Virus record (IMG/VR): IMGVR_UViG_3300021962_000023
Location: 134,535-198,534 of that record
Direction: 5' to 3' (one strand)
Length of the DNA stretch: 64,000 nucleotides
Source of the DNA: a virus
Shown here in pieces: positions 9,669 to 19,446 of the stretch (within the stretch, counting starts at the first letter, position 1; the number at the start of each line of letters is the position of its first letter). The notes below the pieces were generated by a model. The model was not told the DNA's origin and did not search any database. It was given only the letters and a program-made list of their open reading frames with translations. The position numbers and the translations under genes were made by a program.

Positions 9669-10298
9669 TTAAAATGCTATCCACTTACCCGTTCCGTAAT
9701 GTGGAAATTTTGATTTGTATTTGTAATAAATTACATCCGAAGGTACTTCTCTTTTTGTATTCCAAGTTGCTTTGGTTGGTGTATAAGTTGAAACATCATT
9801 ATCTTCAACTACAAAATAAAGTGGTAAATCAAAGTTTCTTGCGTATTTGTGAACCTCATAGAATATACCACTTTCAAAACTCATATCTCCTATGAAACAC
9901 CAAACCTTTTCATCGCTTCCTTTTTCTTTTATTCCCATTGCTACACCCAATGCAATAGATAAAGTTCCACCTACAATAGCAGATGAATAAAATTTCTCAT
10001 CCGAATTACAAATAGTTATAGATTTTCCTTTAAGAATTTCTTCTTCAATCCAAACAGGACACACTTCTTTTAATAAAGCATGATAATGAGAACGCCATGT
10101 ACTGAATATCCAATCCGTTGTTTTAATTCGTTTGAATATTTCTATAAGTTGTTCTTCGTTTCCATTTGATAAATGTATTGGGCCTCTGATTTTGGCATCT
10201 TCCCAATGCTTTATTATTAGTTCTTCAAATTCAATTAAAGATTGTGTAGTTTGGTTGATATCTCTTATAATTGGATATTTTTCTAAATTTTTTATCAT
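9669..10298 (-). CDS. ThDP-dependent dehydrogenase E1 alpha-like subunit (short)
   Basis: Motifs GPIHLSNGNE, STWRSHYHAL, IVGG, and the ThDP motif GD...EDN. Confidence 0.85.
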   Translation of the reverse strand: MIKNLEKYPIIRDINQTTQSLIEFEELIIKHWEDAKIRGPIHLSNGNEEQLIEIFKRIKTTDWIFSTWRSHYHALLKEVCPVWIEEEILKGKSITICNSDEKFYSSAIVGGTLSIALGVAMGIKEKGSDEKVWCFIGDMSFESGIFYEVHKYARNFDLPLYFVVEDNDVSTYTPTKATWNTKREVPSDVIYYKYKSKFPHYGTGKWIAF

Positions 10299-11050
10299 AT
10301 AACTTTTGTTTTTCTATTTTTTATTTTTTGATACATAAGTTTTGCAGCTTCCATATGACCTTCTAAATTAAGATGTGGGTCTGGCACGGGACAATTGGGT
10401 ATATCCATAATTCTCAATTTATTTTTTTCAGCCCAAGCTCCCATATTATCTCCATTAAATTTTATAAACTTATCGGATTCAGTAAACTGCATTGGATTGC
10501 CATCGTATGATAACCACAATGTATCAACTCCTTTATATCGTAACCAATTATCATACAATTCAATATTTTTTTCTAAATTAGAAACCACATTATCTTCATT
10601 ATAAATAAATGATAAATAGTTTGTATAGTAATCGTGTAATGGTTTAAATTCGGCTGAACCATAAAATGGTGGTTCTTCGAATTCCGTTCTATTTAATTTT
10701 ATAAACTTTTTTGCATAATCATAATAAACATGCTGTCTTGTAAACATCGTAACTTGCCCTATAAATAATATTCGTTTAGTTACAACATTTCCTTTAAAAT
10801 AATCGTATATTTTTTGAAAAATCAAATCATTCGATGACATCGATTCTCCAAAATTTATATATTTGCATTCAAAGAGTTCTGATAAATAAGATATAAAATT
10901 ATTATTATATTTAAAATTTAGTACATCTGGGTGCATGAATCCAATCGAATCATCGTTTATATTTTTTATAAATTTATAAACATTTGGATTATCCAATCCC
11001 CCACCTTCGGTAAAGCTACATCCAAATCCTATTATTAAATCGTAGTTCAT
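10295..11050 (-). CDS. SGNH/GDSL-like protein
   Basis: Motifs GFGCSFTEGGG and C-terminal DPHLNLEGH. Confidence 0.55.
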   Translation of the reverse strand: MNYDLIIGFGCSFTEGGGLDNPNVYKFIKNINDDSIGFMHPDVLNFKYNNNFISYLSELFECKYINFGESMSSNDLIFQKIYDYFKGNVVTKRILFIGQVTMFTRQHVYYDYAKKFIKLNRTEFEEPPFYGSAEFKPLHDYYTNYLSFIYNEDNVVSNLEKNIELYDNWLRYKGVDTLWLSYDGNPMQFTESDKFIKFNGDNMGAWAEKNKLRIMDIPNCPVPDPHLNLEGHMEAAKLMYQKIKNRKTKVI

Positions 11051-11880
11051 ATTATATTGTCGGGTTTAATTTTTTTATTTATATTCAATCTATTTAACAT
11101 AATATTTGCAAACCAAAGGTGTCCTTTTTTTGACAAATGGAAATCATATATTGATTCTTCGGTATCGTGCCAAATCGTTAATTTTAATTTACGAAATATA
11201 TTGAGCCATCCATAATCGAATGTATCTACTCCAGTATACTCTGTATCATATAAAGAAAAATCATACATTTCGGAATAATCATCGAATATATTGAATACCA
11301 ATGGTTGTTTATTTGGAACATAATCGGTTCTAATTGATTCTAAATTCCAAAAGATAGTATTTTTTACTATATTTGATTTATGTAAATATTTTGCCATATT
11401 TACCAAATTCATTAAACTTCTTTTGTAATAATATGTAGATGGTAACATATATTGCATAAAATCTTTACTAGCTTTATATTCAATCTCACTTATGGGGTTT
11501 CCATCGTAAGTTTCAAAATCATTTCGTATCATATCATATGATATAGAATCCATTTCGTTTAAAAAATATATATAGCCATCCGTAACTTCCTTTTTTTCTT
11601 TATTTTTATCATAAAACGGAAATTCGTATCGCGTAATAGTACTGCTACCAATGATAACAATATCATCTTTAGTAAAATTTTCTAAATTTTCTATTACTCT
11701 AAGTAAAATTAGTTCATTTGTACTACCATTCATACTACAATCTTTCAAATCATAATCCAATGTAGTAGCTAATAATTTCGTCCATTTATAATTCTTATCA
11801 GCATGTTGATATTCAGGTATCTCTCCGTTCATACCATGCCCTGCTGTAAATGAATCACCAAATGTCCAAAGTGTAGGCAT
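11047..11880 (-). CDS. SGNH/GDSL-like protein
   Basis: Motifs TFGDSFTAGHG, SMNGSTN and DFHLSKKGH. Confidence 0.6.
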   Translation of the reverse strand: MPTLWTFGDSFTAGHGMNGEIPEYQHADKNYKWTKLLATTLDYDLKDCSMNGSTNELILLRVIENLENFTKDDIVIIGSSTITRYEFPFYDKNKEKKEVTDGYIYFLNEMDSISYDMIRNDFETYDGNPISEIEYKASKDFMQYMLPSTYYYKRSLMNLVNMAKYLHKSNIVKNTIFWNLESIRTDYVPNKQPLVFNIFDDYSEMYDFSLYDTEYTGVDTFDYGWLNIFRKLKLTIWHDTEESIYDFHLSKKGHLWFANIMLNRLNINKKIKPDNII

Positions 11881-12416
11881 TATCTATCTCGTTTTTGTAA
11901 TATTGGTTTATCAGTTGGCCATTCCATTTGGTATTCCGGGTCATTCCATTTAACAACACCTTGCTCATCTGCATCAACATATCCATCTTTGTAGAATAGA
12001 TTATAATGAAACATACAATCAGTTAATGCATAATGTCCATTTGCAAAACCCGGTGGAACTAATACCTGATTTCTTAATCTTTCTGAAATTATATAAGATT
12101 CCCAATCTCCATAAGTAGGGGAATCTTTTCTCATATCCAAAACAACTAAGTAAATATCACCAACTGCGGCTTGAACCAATTTCCAAGTTTTAGTATCCCA
12201 ATGCAATCCTCTTAATACTCCTTTGTATGAACGAGAGAATCTTCCGTGAATTTCACATCCTTCGCTCACATAATTCATTACGGGATGTTCTTTCGAATGA
12301 AAGGTTGTAAATATTTCACCTCTATATTCTCTAAATACGGATGGTTGAAATAATGGAACTTGATATCCAAATATGTTTGATGGAGTTTCTATGAACTCAT
12401 CCCATTTATTACTCAT
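11880..12416 (-). CDS. rmlC: dTDP-4-dehydrorhamnose 3,5-epimerase (RmlC cupin family)
   Basis: Motifs EYRGEIF, GVLRGLH, KLV, VVLDMRKDSPTYG, VPPGFANG, WNDP and RD. Confidence 0.9.
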   Translation of the reverse strand: MSNKWDEFIETPSNIFGYQVPLFQPSVFREYRGEIFTTFHSKEHPVMNYVSEGCEIHGRFSRSYKGVLRGLHWDTKTWKLVQAAVGDIYLVVLDMRKDSPTYGDWESYIISERLRNQVLVPPGFANGHYALTDCMFHYNLFYKDGYVDADEQGVVKWNDPEYQMEWPTDKPILQKRDR

Positions 12417-12418
12417 AG

Positions 12419-13384
12419 TTAAAAATTTTGTGCATATCCTAACGGAAACCCATTTCTAAATTCAGAACTCATTTTTGGAACTACCATTTGATATGCCATT
12501 ATTAGTTCGGCAATACCCCCATCCAAACTCCATTCAGGATACCAACCAGTCGCTTCTATTTTAGCGTTGGATACGATGTAATCCCTTTTATCAGGGTCCT
12601 CATAAAAGTCGTTGTATGATACCGCAAAATCCCTTACATGCAATTGTATTTTTTCTAACAATTCTTGCTTACTCAAATTTGCATCACTCAATCCAACATT
12701 AAATACTTCACCTCTATAATCATCATAATTTTCTAACATAAAAAGAAATGCAGATGCTACATCTTGAATATGAATAAAATTTCGTTTAAATGTTTTTTCA
12801 AATACAACAATGTATTTATCGGTAATTGCTTTATAAGTAAAATCATTTACTAATAAATCGGTTCTCATTCTCGGAGATACACCAAATACAGTTGCCAACC
12901 TAAATGTAATTGCCGATGTGTTTGCTCTTAAAAAGTTTTCTGCATCGCATTTAGTTTGTCCATAAACTGAAATAGGAGTGAGTGGTGATTCTTCCGTACA
13001 TTTTGTTTGTCCAACTCCAATTCCATATCCACTATTTGTATTTGGATATAGAATCTTCTTATTTTTTGCAAATTTTACAATATTAAAGATTTGGTCAAAG
13101 TTAATTTCTTTTGCCAATTTAGGGTCAGCTGCACAAGCGGGAAATCCTACAATAGCAGCTAAAGGAATAACAACTTCTGCATCATTACAAAGTTGTTCTA
13201 ATAGAGTTACATTACGAACATCTCCATAAATAAATTTAAATTTTAGGTTAGATGTATATTGTAACAATGAGGTTTGATTAAATAGTAATTTATCCAATAC
13301 CACAACTTCATGTCCGGCATTTAACATTTTACCAACAATAACCGAACCTAAGTAACCGGCTCCACCTGTGATTAATACTTTCAT
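12419..13384 (-). CDS. NAD-dependent epimerase/dehydratase (extended SDR)
   Basis: Motifs ITGGAGYLG, PLAAIVG, YGQTK (YxxxK), RLATVFG and RNFIHIQD. Confidence 0.9.
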   Translation of the reverse strand: MKVLITGGAGYLGSVIVGKMLNAGHEVVVLDKLLFNQTSLLQYTSNLKFKFIYGDVRNVTLLEQLCNDAEVVIPLAAIVGFPACAADPKLAKEINFDQIFNIVKFAKNKKILYPNTNSGYGIGVGQTKCTEESPLTPISVYGQTKCDAENFLRANTSAITFRLATVFGVSPRMRTDLLVNDFTYKAITDKYIVVFEKTFKRNFIHIQDVASAFLFMLENYDDYRGEVFNVGLSDANLSKQELLEKIQLHVRDFAVSYNDFYEDPDKRDYIVSNAKIEATGWYPEWSLDGGIAELIMAYQMVVPKMSSEFRNGFPLGYAQNF

Positions 13385-13385
13385 A

Positions 13386-14120
13386 TTATAACTTTTCTAA
13401 ATCTTTACAATGTTTCATTAAGTGATTATTATTTCCAGTCATGTCCCAAAATTTATAATCAGTTTCAGTTTTGAAATCAAAACAACACAATAAACCTAAT
13501 TCATTTTTAGTTAAACATCTGAATCCATGTTTATTTTCTTTTACATATTTATCGATGTTTTTTCTGAAATCATTTATTGTAGAACCATCTAATTTTTTGT
13601 TAGATACTGTGAAGAAATCAGTATAACATTCTTGTGCCCAACTAAAGTCACCTTTAGTATCAGCTGCTCCAATAAAATAAGGTGCGTTGATATAATCTCT
13701 CAACTTACCTGCCAATGTTTCGGAATAAACTAATTCATCATCTATCCAAAATTCATAGGTAAATGTTTCACCATCCCAATTTAATGTAAATAAATGTGGT
13801 TCATTCCAAAATGCTTCATCTTTATAGAATAAAATTTTATCAGCATATTTTTCTTCTTCGTTTTCAACATACCAAAAATTTAACATCAACATATCAGGCT
13901 TTCTATAAACGATTCCCGTATGTAATCCTCTTCTCATAAAGATTCCAGCCATATCATCTATTTTAGAATCATCTTCACTTCGTTTCCAAGTTCCACTTAT
14001 AGTCCAACTTGATTCATTCATTACATAAAACGCAGAGGTATCAATGATACCATAAGCGTTGTGTGGCCACCAAGGTAAATCTGCTAAAATTAATGGCGCT
14101 TTGTGTGATACTTTATACAT
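13386..14120 (-). CDS. LamG/concanavalin-A-like domain protein
   Basis: Beta-rich, with FWIDDELV, YFIG and a terminal DMTGNNNH typical of LamG-like folds. Confidence 0.5.
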   Translation of the reverse strand: MYKVSHKAPLILADLPWWPHNAYGIIDTSAFYVMNESSWTISGTWKRSEDDSKIDDMAGIFMRRGLHTGIVYRKPDMLMLNFWYVENEEEKYADKILFYKDEAFWNEPHLFTLNWDGETFTYEFWIDDELVYSETLAGKLRDYINAPYFIGAADTKGDFSWAQECYTDFFTVSNKKLDGSTINDFRKNIDKYVKENKHGFRCLTKNELGLLCCFDFKTETDYKFWDMTGNNNHLMKHCKDLEKL

Positions 14121-15520
14121 TATAACTTAATTTCTTTTGTAAAGTGATAAAATTCTTCTAATTCAGGGAATGTTTTACAAAAATCAGTTCCTCTTCTTTT
14201 ATCATGTTCGCTGAAGAATTTATAAAAATTGTAACGTGATTTATGTAATTCCATAGCATCGATAGGCGAAATCGCCCAATCGTATGTTCTTTTTAATTTT
14301 TGAATTTCCAAATCGGAATATCCAACATACCCCTTTGAATAATATGGAATTCCATAATAGAATGCCAATTGAGCTTGGTCAAATATGTTTTGTTTAAATT
14401 GATGTGGAAGTACTTGAACAGTTTGATGACGAGGATGTCTTAAATATGATGTATCCAATAATACTGGCGATAACCAGTATCTATCATCACCAGCATATTC
14501 TCTTTTCAAATCATATACTCCTTTAATTAATTTATCAAAACTGAATACTGATAACATATTGTATGTTACCATAAATGTAATAGTGATTCTTGGAACTTCT
14601 CTTAAAATTCTATTTACATTATTCCAAAAACGATTAAACTCCAATCCATTACGAATATATTCAGCTTGCTCACCCCATCCATCGCATGATGTAAATAACA
14701 CAAATCCTTTTACTTTATCTTCTTCGGTAATTCTTTTTAATTTTTCAATTAATTTAGTAATCAACTCATCGGGTACACCTAAATTTGAATTGATTGAAAA
14801 ATCTAAATTTTTATTTGGATTTGGTTCATCAATAATATAATCCAATACTTTCCAAGTATCTTTATGCATTAAAGGTTCACCGCCAGTAATTCTAAAGGTA
14901 TGTAAATCCCTATATAAGTCAGGCCACCATTTCCAAAATGCTTCTACATATGGATTATGTTCTCTCAATGGAATTGGCATCTTTTGTTCTGCTGCCAAAT
15001 GTTTTAAATCATTAAAACTATCCGTTGTATTATATGCACCATATTGTTGAATTTCCTCCATCCATTTAGTAGAAAATGTAGGTGAACAATATGAACATGC
15101 AAAGTTACAAGCATTTGAGAATGCAACTTCTACATAACGTGGGTTAAAATCATCTCTCCAATTTGAATTAATGATTTGGTCTGCTAAAGGCCAACTCCAA
15201 TCTTCCGATGATTTAAAAACTCTATCAGAATACAAATCGGAATTATCCTCAACCCCCCAACAATAATCACATTCAGAAGGTCTTGCGCCATTCATCATTT
15301 CTTTTCTTCTTTGCTTTTTAAACAAAGTGTTATGGAGTGCTGATGGATTCCGTTTAATCTCTTGTTCGGAAACTTTATGAGTATTAGGGTGGTGACACGA
15401 GTGATTGTGACCAGTGTGTAAGTGCGTTGTGACTTGTGTCCATTTCGCCAAACACATTCCCTTACCTACATTATCCAATGTATTCTTTACTTCTTCGTAA
15501 AGTGGTTTTTTATATGCCAT
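14120..15520 (-). CDS. radical SAM protein with an N-terminal twitch-like Cys/His region
   Basis: MCLAKW...HSCHH...CDYCW, then CNFACSYC, ITGGEPL and SINSNL. Confidence 0.85.
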   Translation of the reverse strand: MAYKKPLYEEVKNTLDNVGKGMCLAKWTQVTTHLHTGHNHSCHHPNTHKVSEQEIKRNPSALHNTLFKKQRRKEMMNGARPSECDYCWGVEDNSDLYSDRVFKSSEDWSWPLADQIINSNWRDDFNPRYVEVAFSNACNFACSYCSPTFSTKWMEEIQQYGAYNTTDSFNDLKHLAAEQKMPIPLREHNPYVEAFWKWWPDLYRDLHTFRITGGEPLMHKDTWKVLDYIIDEPNPNKNLDFSINSNLGVPDELITKLIEKLKRITEEDKVKGFVLFTSCDGWGEQAEYIRNGLEFNRFWNNVNRILREVPRITITFMVTYNMLSVFSFDKLIKGVYDLKREYAGDDRYWLSPVLLDTSYLRHPRHQTVQVLPHQFKQNIFDQAQLAFYYGIPYYSKGYVGYSDLEIQKLKRTYDWAISPIDAMELHKSRYNFYKFFSEHDKRRGTDFCKTFPELEEFYHFTKEIKL

Positions 15521-15522
15521 AA

Positions 15523-16929
15523 CTATGCTTTAACATTTATTAATTTGTGTTTATTATATATAGTATCAATTGATAATAATTCGTATTTCATAGAATTTAT
15601 ACCATCCGATTTGTAATCAATACTTCCTTGCTGCATTTGTAAAACATATCGTCTTTCGTTTCTTGCAGTGGTTTCACCTTTTGCCCATTTATCTATTCCA
15701 CCTTCATTTATCAACCCTTCCGTTTGATGAGGTAAACATCTAAATTTACCATTTCTTCTATGTGGTAATATCGTATGTGGTATTTCTATTTTTTCTTTTC
15801 TATATTCAACATTTGTAGATTCTCCAAAATCCAAATTCATAGTAAATAAATCTAAAACTAAATTATCTTCTGGAAATTTGATGTGTAAATTTTTAATTTC
15901 TTTAGGAGTCAAACATCTATCCCACATTGCTATCGATGCAACTGCTCCTTTAAAAAAAGATTCAACGGGAGATTTTGAATATCCAATATAAAACGGCTCC
16001 ATACCATATCGTTTCAATGGTTCATTATATATTAAGGGAGATTGTGTACCCGTTCCCAATCTTGCATCACTTTCTCTACCATTTAAATAGAAATGTATTT
16101 TTTTATTATCTGCATCAACAGCCATTGTAATCCAACTCCATTGATTCTCATATCTTTTAATCCATTGATACAAATGCCCTTTCATTCTATCCCAAAGTTG
16201 CATTGTATATGCTCTACTATTATTAAACGATAATCCCCAATCATAACCAGGTTTTCTGAAGATTGGATATTCCATAAATTGTCTATTATTATCTCCAATT
16301 AGCCAAATAGGAACTTTTTCAATTTGCTGTTCAGCTTTTACTAATACTGAAATAGTATGTGAGTTTGAAATACAATTCTTTTGTTCTCTCGAAGGTCTAA
16401 ATTCTATTTTCGAATCTACACCATTAAAATATGCTACAACTTGCTCTTCGTTATAATCTAATTTAGTTTTTTCAGCATATCCTTCCATCACACATCTCCA
16501 AAATAAATCATCATCTTCCATTCCCCAATCCCAATAATCATTAGAGTACCCATTAGTTCGTTCAACTTGTTCCTTAGAAAACACAACCGCTCCTCCAAAG
16601 TATTCTTCATATTTTAATTGATAATCCGATTGTGAGATACGAACTGCAATGTGTTGGGGATTATCATTAGGAAACGAATAATCACAACTCTCATCTTCAG
16701 GAACCATATCTATATCATGCCAAACGATGTAATCACATCCATCATCAAATGCATGTTTAGCTGCAATGTTTTTCATTAAACCTCTATTGAATAATTTATC
16801 ATCACATTGATGTGCTAAATAAATTGTATGTTCAATTCCCCTCTCTTCCAAAAACTTTGAAACATGAGGAACAAACTCATTCATATGAGCTTCTCTATTT
16901 CTATATGGTACACATACTCCTAATTTCAT
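15523..16929 (-). CDS. GT7 (beta-1,4-galactosyltransferase family) glycosyltransferase with an inserted LamG domain
   Basis: GT7 motifs VPYRNR, FNRG, HDID, YFGGA and NGYSNDYWDWGMEDDDL. LamG motifs YFNG, FYLNG, FYIG and FKGAVASIAMWDRCL. GT7 resumes at GKFRCLPH. Confidence 0.85.
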   Translation of the reverse strand: MKLGVCVPYRNREAHMNEFVPHVSKFLEERGIEHTIYLAHQCDDKLFNRGLMKNIAAKHAFDDGCDYIVWHDIDMVPEDESCDYSFPNDNPQHIAVRISQSDYQLKYEEYFGGAVVFSKEQVERTNGYSNDYWDWGMEDDDLFWRCVMEGYAEKTKLDYNEEQVVAYFNGVDSKIEFRPSREQKNCISNSHTISVLVKAEQQIEKVPIWLIGDNNRQFMEYPIFRKPGYDWGLSFNNSRAYTMQLWDRMKGHLYQWIKRYENQWSWITMAVDADNKKIHFYLNGRESDARLGTGTQSPLIYNEPLKRYGMEPFYIGYSKSPVESFFKGAVASIAMWDRCLTPKEIKNLHIKFPEDNLVLDLFTMNLDFGESTNVEYRKEKIEIPHTILPHRRNGKFRCLPHQTEGLINEGGIDKWAKGETTARNERRYVLQMQQGSIDYKSDGINSMKYELLSIDTIYNKHKLINVKA

Positions 16930-18344
16930 TATATACCTACATTTATTATTCTAATATTTTTATCAGATTTTTTAACACCATGTTCTATGAATTCCAAAGT
17001 TGATAAACCATCATTTTTTAATAATTCATCATTATCAATTACTTCGTTTACAAATCGTAATTGATTCCATCGAGTACATTCATTTTTCCATTTATTTCCT
17101 AAAAAGCCATTTTCATCATGTTTTAATGATTTAAATTTACTCTTTCTTCTATGTGGAATTAAATATTTAATTTCATCGGAATCCGATGTTTCTACCATTT
17201 CACAAGCAATTATATCTGCATAATTTTTATGACCTGATAAATCTTTTAATCTATACTCATAAATTTTAGATGCATCATAATACATTTGTAAAGAAGTAGA
17301 TTTTGGTAGTAATTCATCCAATTCAGTTCCCATTTTATAGATGGTATCCTCATTTAAAACTTCATCAAAATAAGCAAACGATTTAAAATATCCTTTAAAC
17401 CAATTTGGTATAAGTTCTCTGTTTGGATTCCCTACTCCAATATAAAACTCTTTAGCAATTTTATAATCAACTAAAAATTTTCTAATACTATCAGTTTTAC
17501 CAACACAAATACCATCTTGATAAACGCTTATAATCTTTTCATCTGAATCATAAGTCAATGTAATATTTGTTAAGTAGTTTGGTTTAATTTCTGAATTTAT
17601 AAAATGAGAATTTAGTTTATAATCAAATGCACAAAAGTTGTATCTATGAAATGATGTATATGAAATAGCAAAATCATATCCAGGTATACTGAATATTGTA
17701 AATTCATCAGATTCTTTATTGTGGTCTAATTTTAATTCATCTGGACAAAATGTCAATGATAAAGTAAAATGATAATTAAAGTCTATTATATTTTTTACTT
17801 TTATATAAGAATCAATTCCATTTAATTTTAAAAGTTTACGATTTCCAATATTTTTAAAATATTTAGTATCAAGTGATACATTATACTTTTTACATCTTAA
17901 TAATAAATCATCATCTTCATAACCCCATCCCCAATATTTATTAGAATACCCATCAATTGATTCAAATACTTTTGTTGGAAACATTGTTACACCACCAAAG
18001 TAAGTATCAAATATTTCTCTCTTTTTTTCATCAATAGAGTATTGAAAATCGGTTGCTAAATGTAATGGTATATCTGAATAAGAATAATCAACACTCAATG
18101 GAATCATATCTACATCGTGAAATACTACATAATCGCATTTTAGTTTTTTTGCATAAGTAAATCCAATATTAAGAAGCATACCACGATTGAATAATTTAGC
18201 ATCATCTTGTTCAACTATAATTAATTCGTAATCGATACGAGCACTACTGAAGTAATTAATCAATGATTGCTTAAATGCTTCTAAATGTTCGTATCGATTT
18301 CTATATGGTACAATGATTCCTAATTTGTGATTAGTCTGCATCAC
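16929..18344 (-). CDS. GT7 glycosyltransferase with an inserted LamG domain (tandem paralog)
   Basis: GT7 motifs VPYRNR, FNRGMLLNIG, FHDVD, YFGGV and GYSNKYWGWGYEDDDL. LamG motifs LNGIDSY, VYQDG, FYIG and DLSGHKN. GT7 resumes at SKFKSLKH. Confidence 0.85.
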   Translation of the reverse strand: MMQTNHKLGIIVPYRNRYEHLEAFKQSLINYFSSARIDYELIIVEQDDAKLFNRGMLLNIGFTYAKKLKCDYVVFHDVDMIPLSVDYSYSDIPLHLATDFQYSIDEKKREIFDTYFGGVTMFPTKVFESIDGYSNKYWGWGYEDDDLLLRCKKYNVSLDTKYFKNIGNRKLLKLNGIDSYIKVKNIIDFNYHFTLSLTFCPDELKLDHNKESDEFTIFSIPGYDFAISYTSFHRYNFCAFDYKLNSHFINSEIKPNYLTNITLTYDSDEKIISVYQDGICVGKTDSIRKFLVDYKIAKEFYIGVGNPNRELIPNWFKGYFKSFAYFDEVLNEDTIYKMGTELDELLPKSTSLQMYYDASKIYEYRLKDLSGHKNYADIIACEMVETSDSDEIKYLIPHRRKSKFKSLKHDENGFLGNKWKNECTRWNQLRFVNEVIDNDELLKNDGLSTLEFIEHGVKKSDKNIRIINVGI

Positions 18345-18543
18345 CCTCTACTACCTTTTTGTGAAATTCAGCTAAATACCATTGTATTCTTTCACCCCAC
18401 TCATCTTTATCAATTTCTTCAAACCAAACAGTTAATGCATCTAAAGAGTTTGCAATCTTTTCTAATGCTTTAACTTTTTTAGCTTCTAATAATAATAATT
18501 CAGATGCTTCTTGCGTTTCTTGTTGTTCTTTTTTTGTAGACAT
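18331..18543 (-). CDS. small helical hypothetical protein
   Basis: 70-aa ORF directly downstream of the promoter at 18560..18591. Confidence 0.7.
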   Translation of the reverse strand: MSTKKEQQETQEASELLLLEAKKVKALEKIANSLDALTVWFEEIDKDEWGERIQWYLAEFHKKVVEGDAD

Positions 18544-18559
18544 AACTTTATTATTTTTA

Positions 18560-18591
18560 TAAAGATAATATATTTTATTTAAAATTCCAAA
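18560..18591 (-). promoter_or_regulatory. Bacteroidota-type sigma70 promoter (TTTG-N20-TATCTTTA)
   Basis: TTTGG, a 20-nt spacer, then TATCTTTA, in the gap between 18592 and 18543. Confidence 0.6.
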
Positions 18592-19434
18592 TTATATTGT
18601 AACTATTTTTTGAATTAATTCTGACCATTTTGAGTATTCTCCTTGCTGAATATATTCCATACCAAATTCCGAATTAGCAATATCAATTTCAAAATTATTT
18701 CTTCTAATTGCTTGGTACATTTTTAAATATTCTGATGAATATGCATAATCTTTTCTAATATCGGCTACTGCTTTAATTCTTTCTACACAAGTACTATCCC
18801 ATTTAAAATGATGAACCTGTGCATTATATTTATCAATAGGTGCTATTAGTTTATTTTCAGTTTGTGGGCCCCATAAAGTTTCTCCATTTACTTTTGCATA
18901 ATGTTGGCCTGAAGTTATCTCAACATATCCTTTCATTACACATACTTTATTTGGACACGCACCACTTAATGGGTATCTAAAGAATCCTGCAAGTGGAAAT
19001 TGGTCAAATATATTTTTATAAGGTAATATTTCAGGAAAACTTCCAAATGTACCAATTCTATCTATAAACCCACCTCTAACAATATCCCATCCATTTTCTT
19101 CACAATCTTCAATCATAAATGGTAATGGCATTGAATATACATGCAATTCATCATCATCCGAAACTACCCACCAATCATCGGGATGTAATACCTTAGTTTC
19201 ATTATATAATTGGGTTACATATTCCCAATTAAACTTTTCTTTCTTTTCAACTCTAACTACTTTTGCTGTTGGGAAATTTTTAAGTATTTCACCTACTTCA
19301 TCTAAAATAGACATACCTTCCCATTCATATACTACAACATAAATTTCATCAACTATATGCTTGTAGTGATTCAACATATGCCAGAGAGTGTTTGTTCTAC
19401 TTCCTGTCACTGTTACTAATCTTACTTTTTTCAT
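18592..19434 (-). CDS. GT2-like glycosyltransferase (GT-A fold)
   Basis: Motifs HYKHIVDEIYVVVY, WWVVSDDDELH (DxD) and VHHFKW. Confidence 0.65.
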   Translation of the reverse strand: MKKVRLVTVTGSRTNTLWHMLNHYKHIVDEIYVVVYEWEGMSILDEVGEILKNFPTAKVVRVEKKEKFNWEYVTQLYNETKVLHPDDWWVVSDDDELHVYSMPLPFMIEDCEENGWDIVRGGFIDRIGTFGSFPEILPYKNIFDQFPLAGFFRYPLSGACPNKVCVMKGYVEITSGQHYAKVNGETLWGPQTENKLIAPIDKYNAQVHHFKWDSTCVERIKAVADIRKDYAYSSEYLKMYQAIRRNNFEIDIANSEFGMEYIQQGEYSKWSELIQKIVTI

Positions 19435-19446
19435 TTAATTTTTATT

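Noticed and set aside
9669-10298. Auxiliary pyruvate dehydrogenase for energy metabolism
   Set aside because: The chain is truncated, no beta/E2/E3 genes are nearby, and the sugar-pathway context favours a biosynthetic role (not proven).
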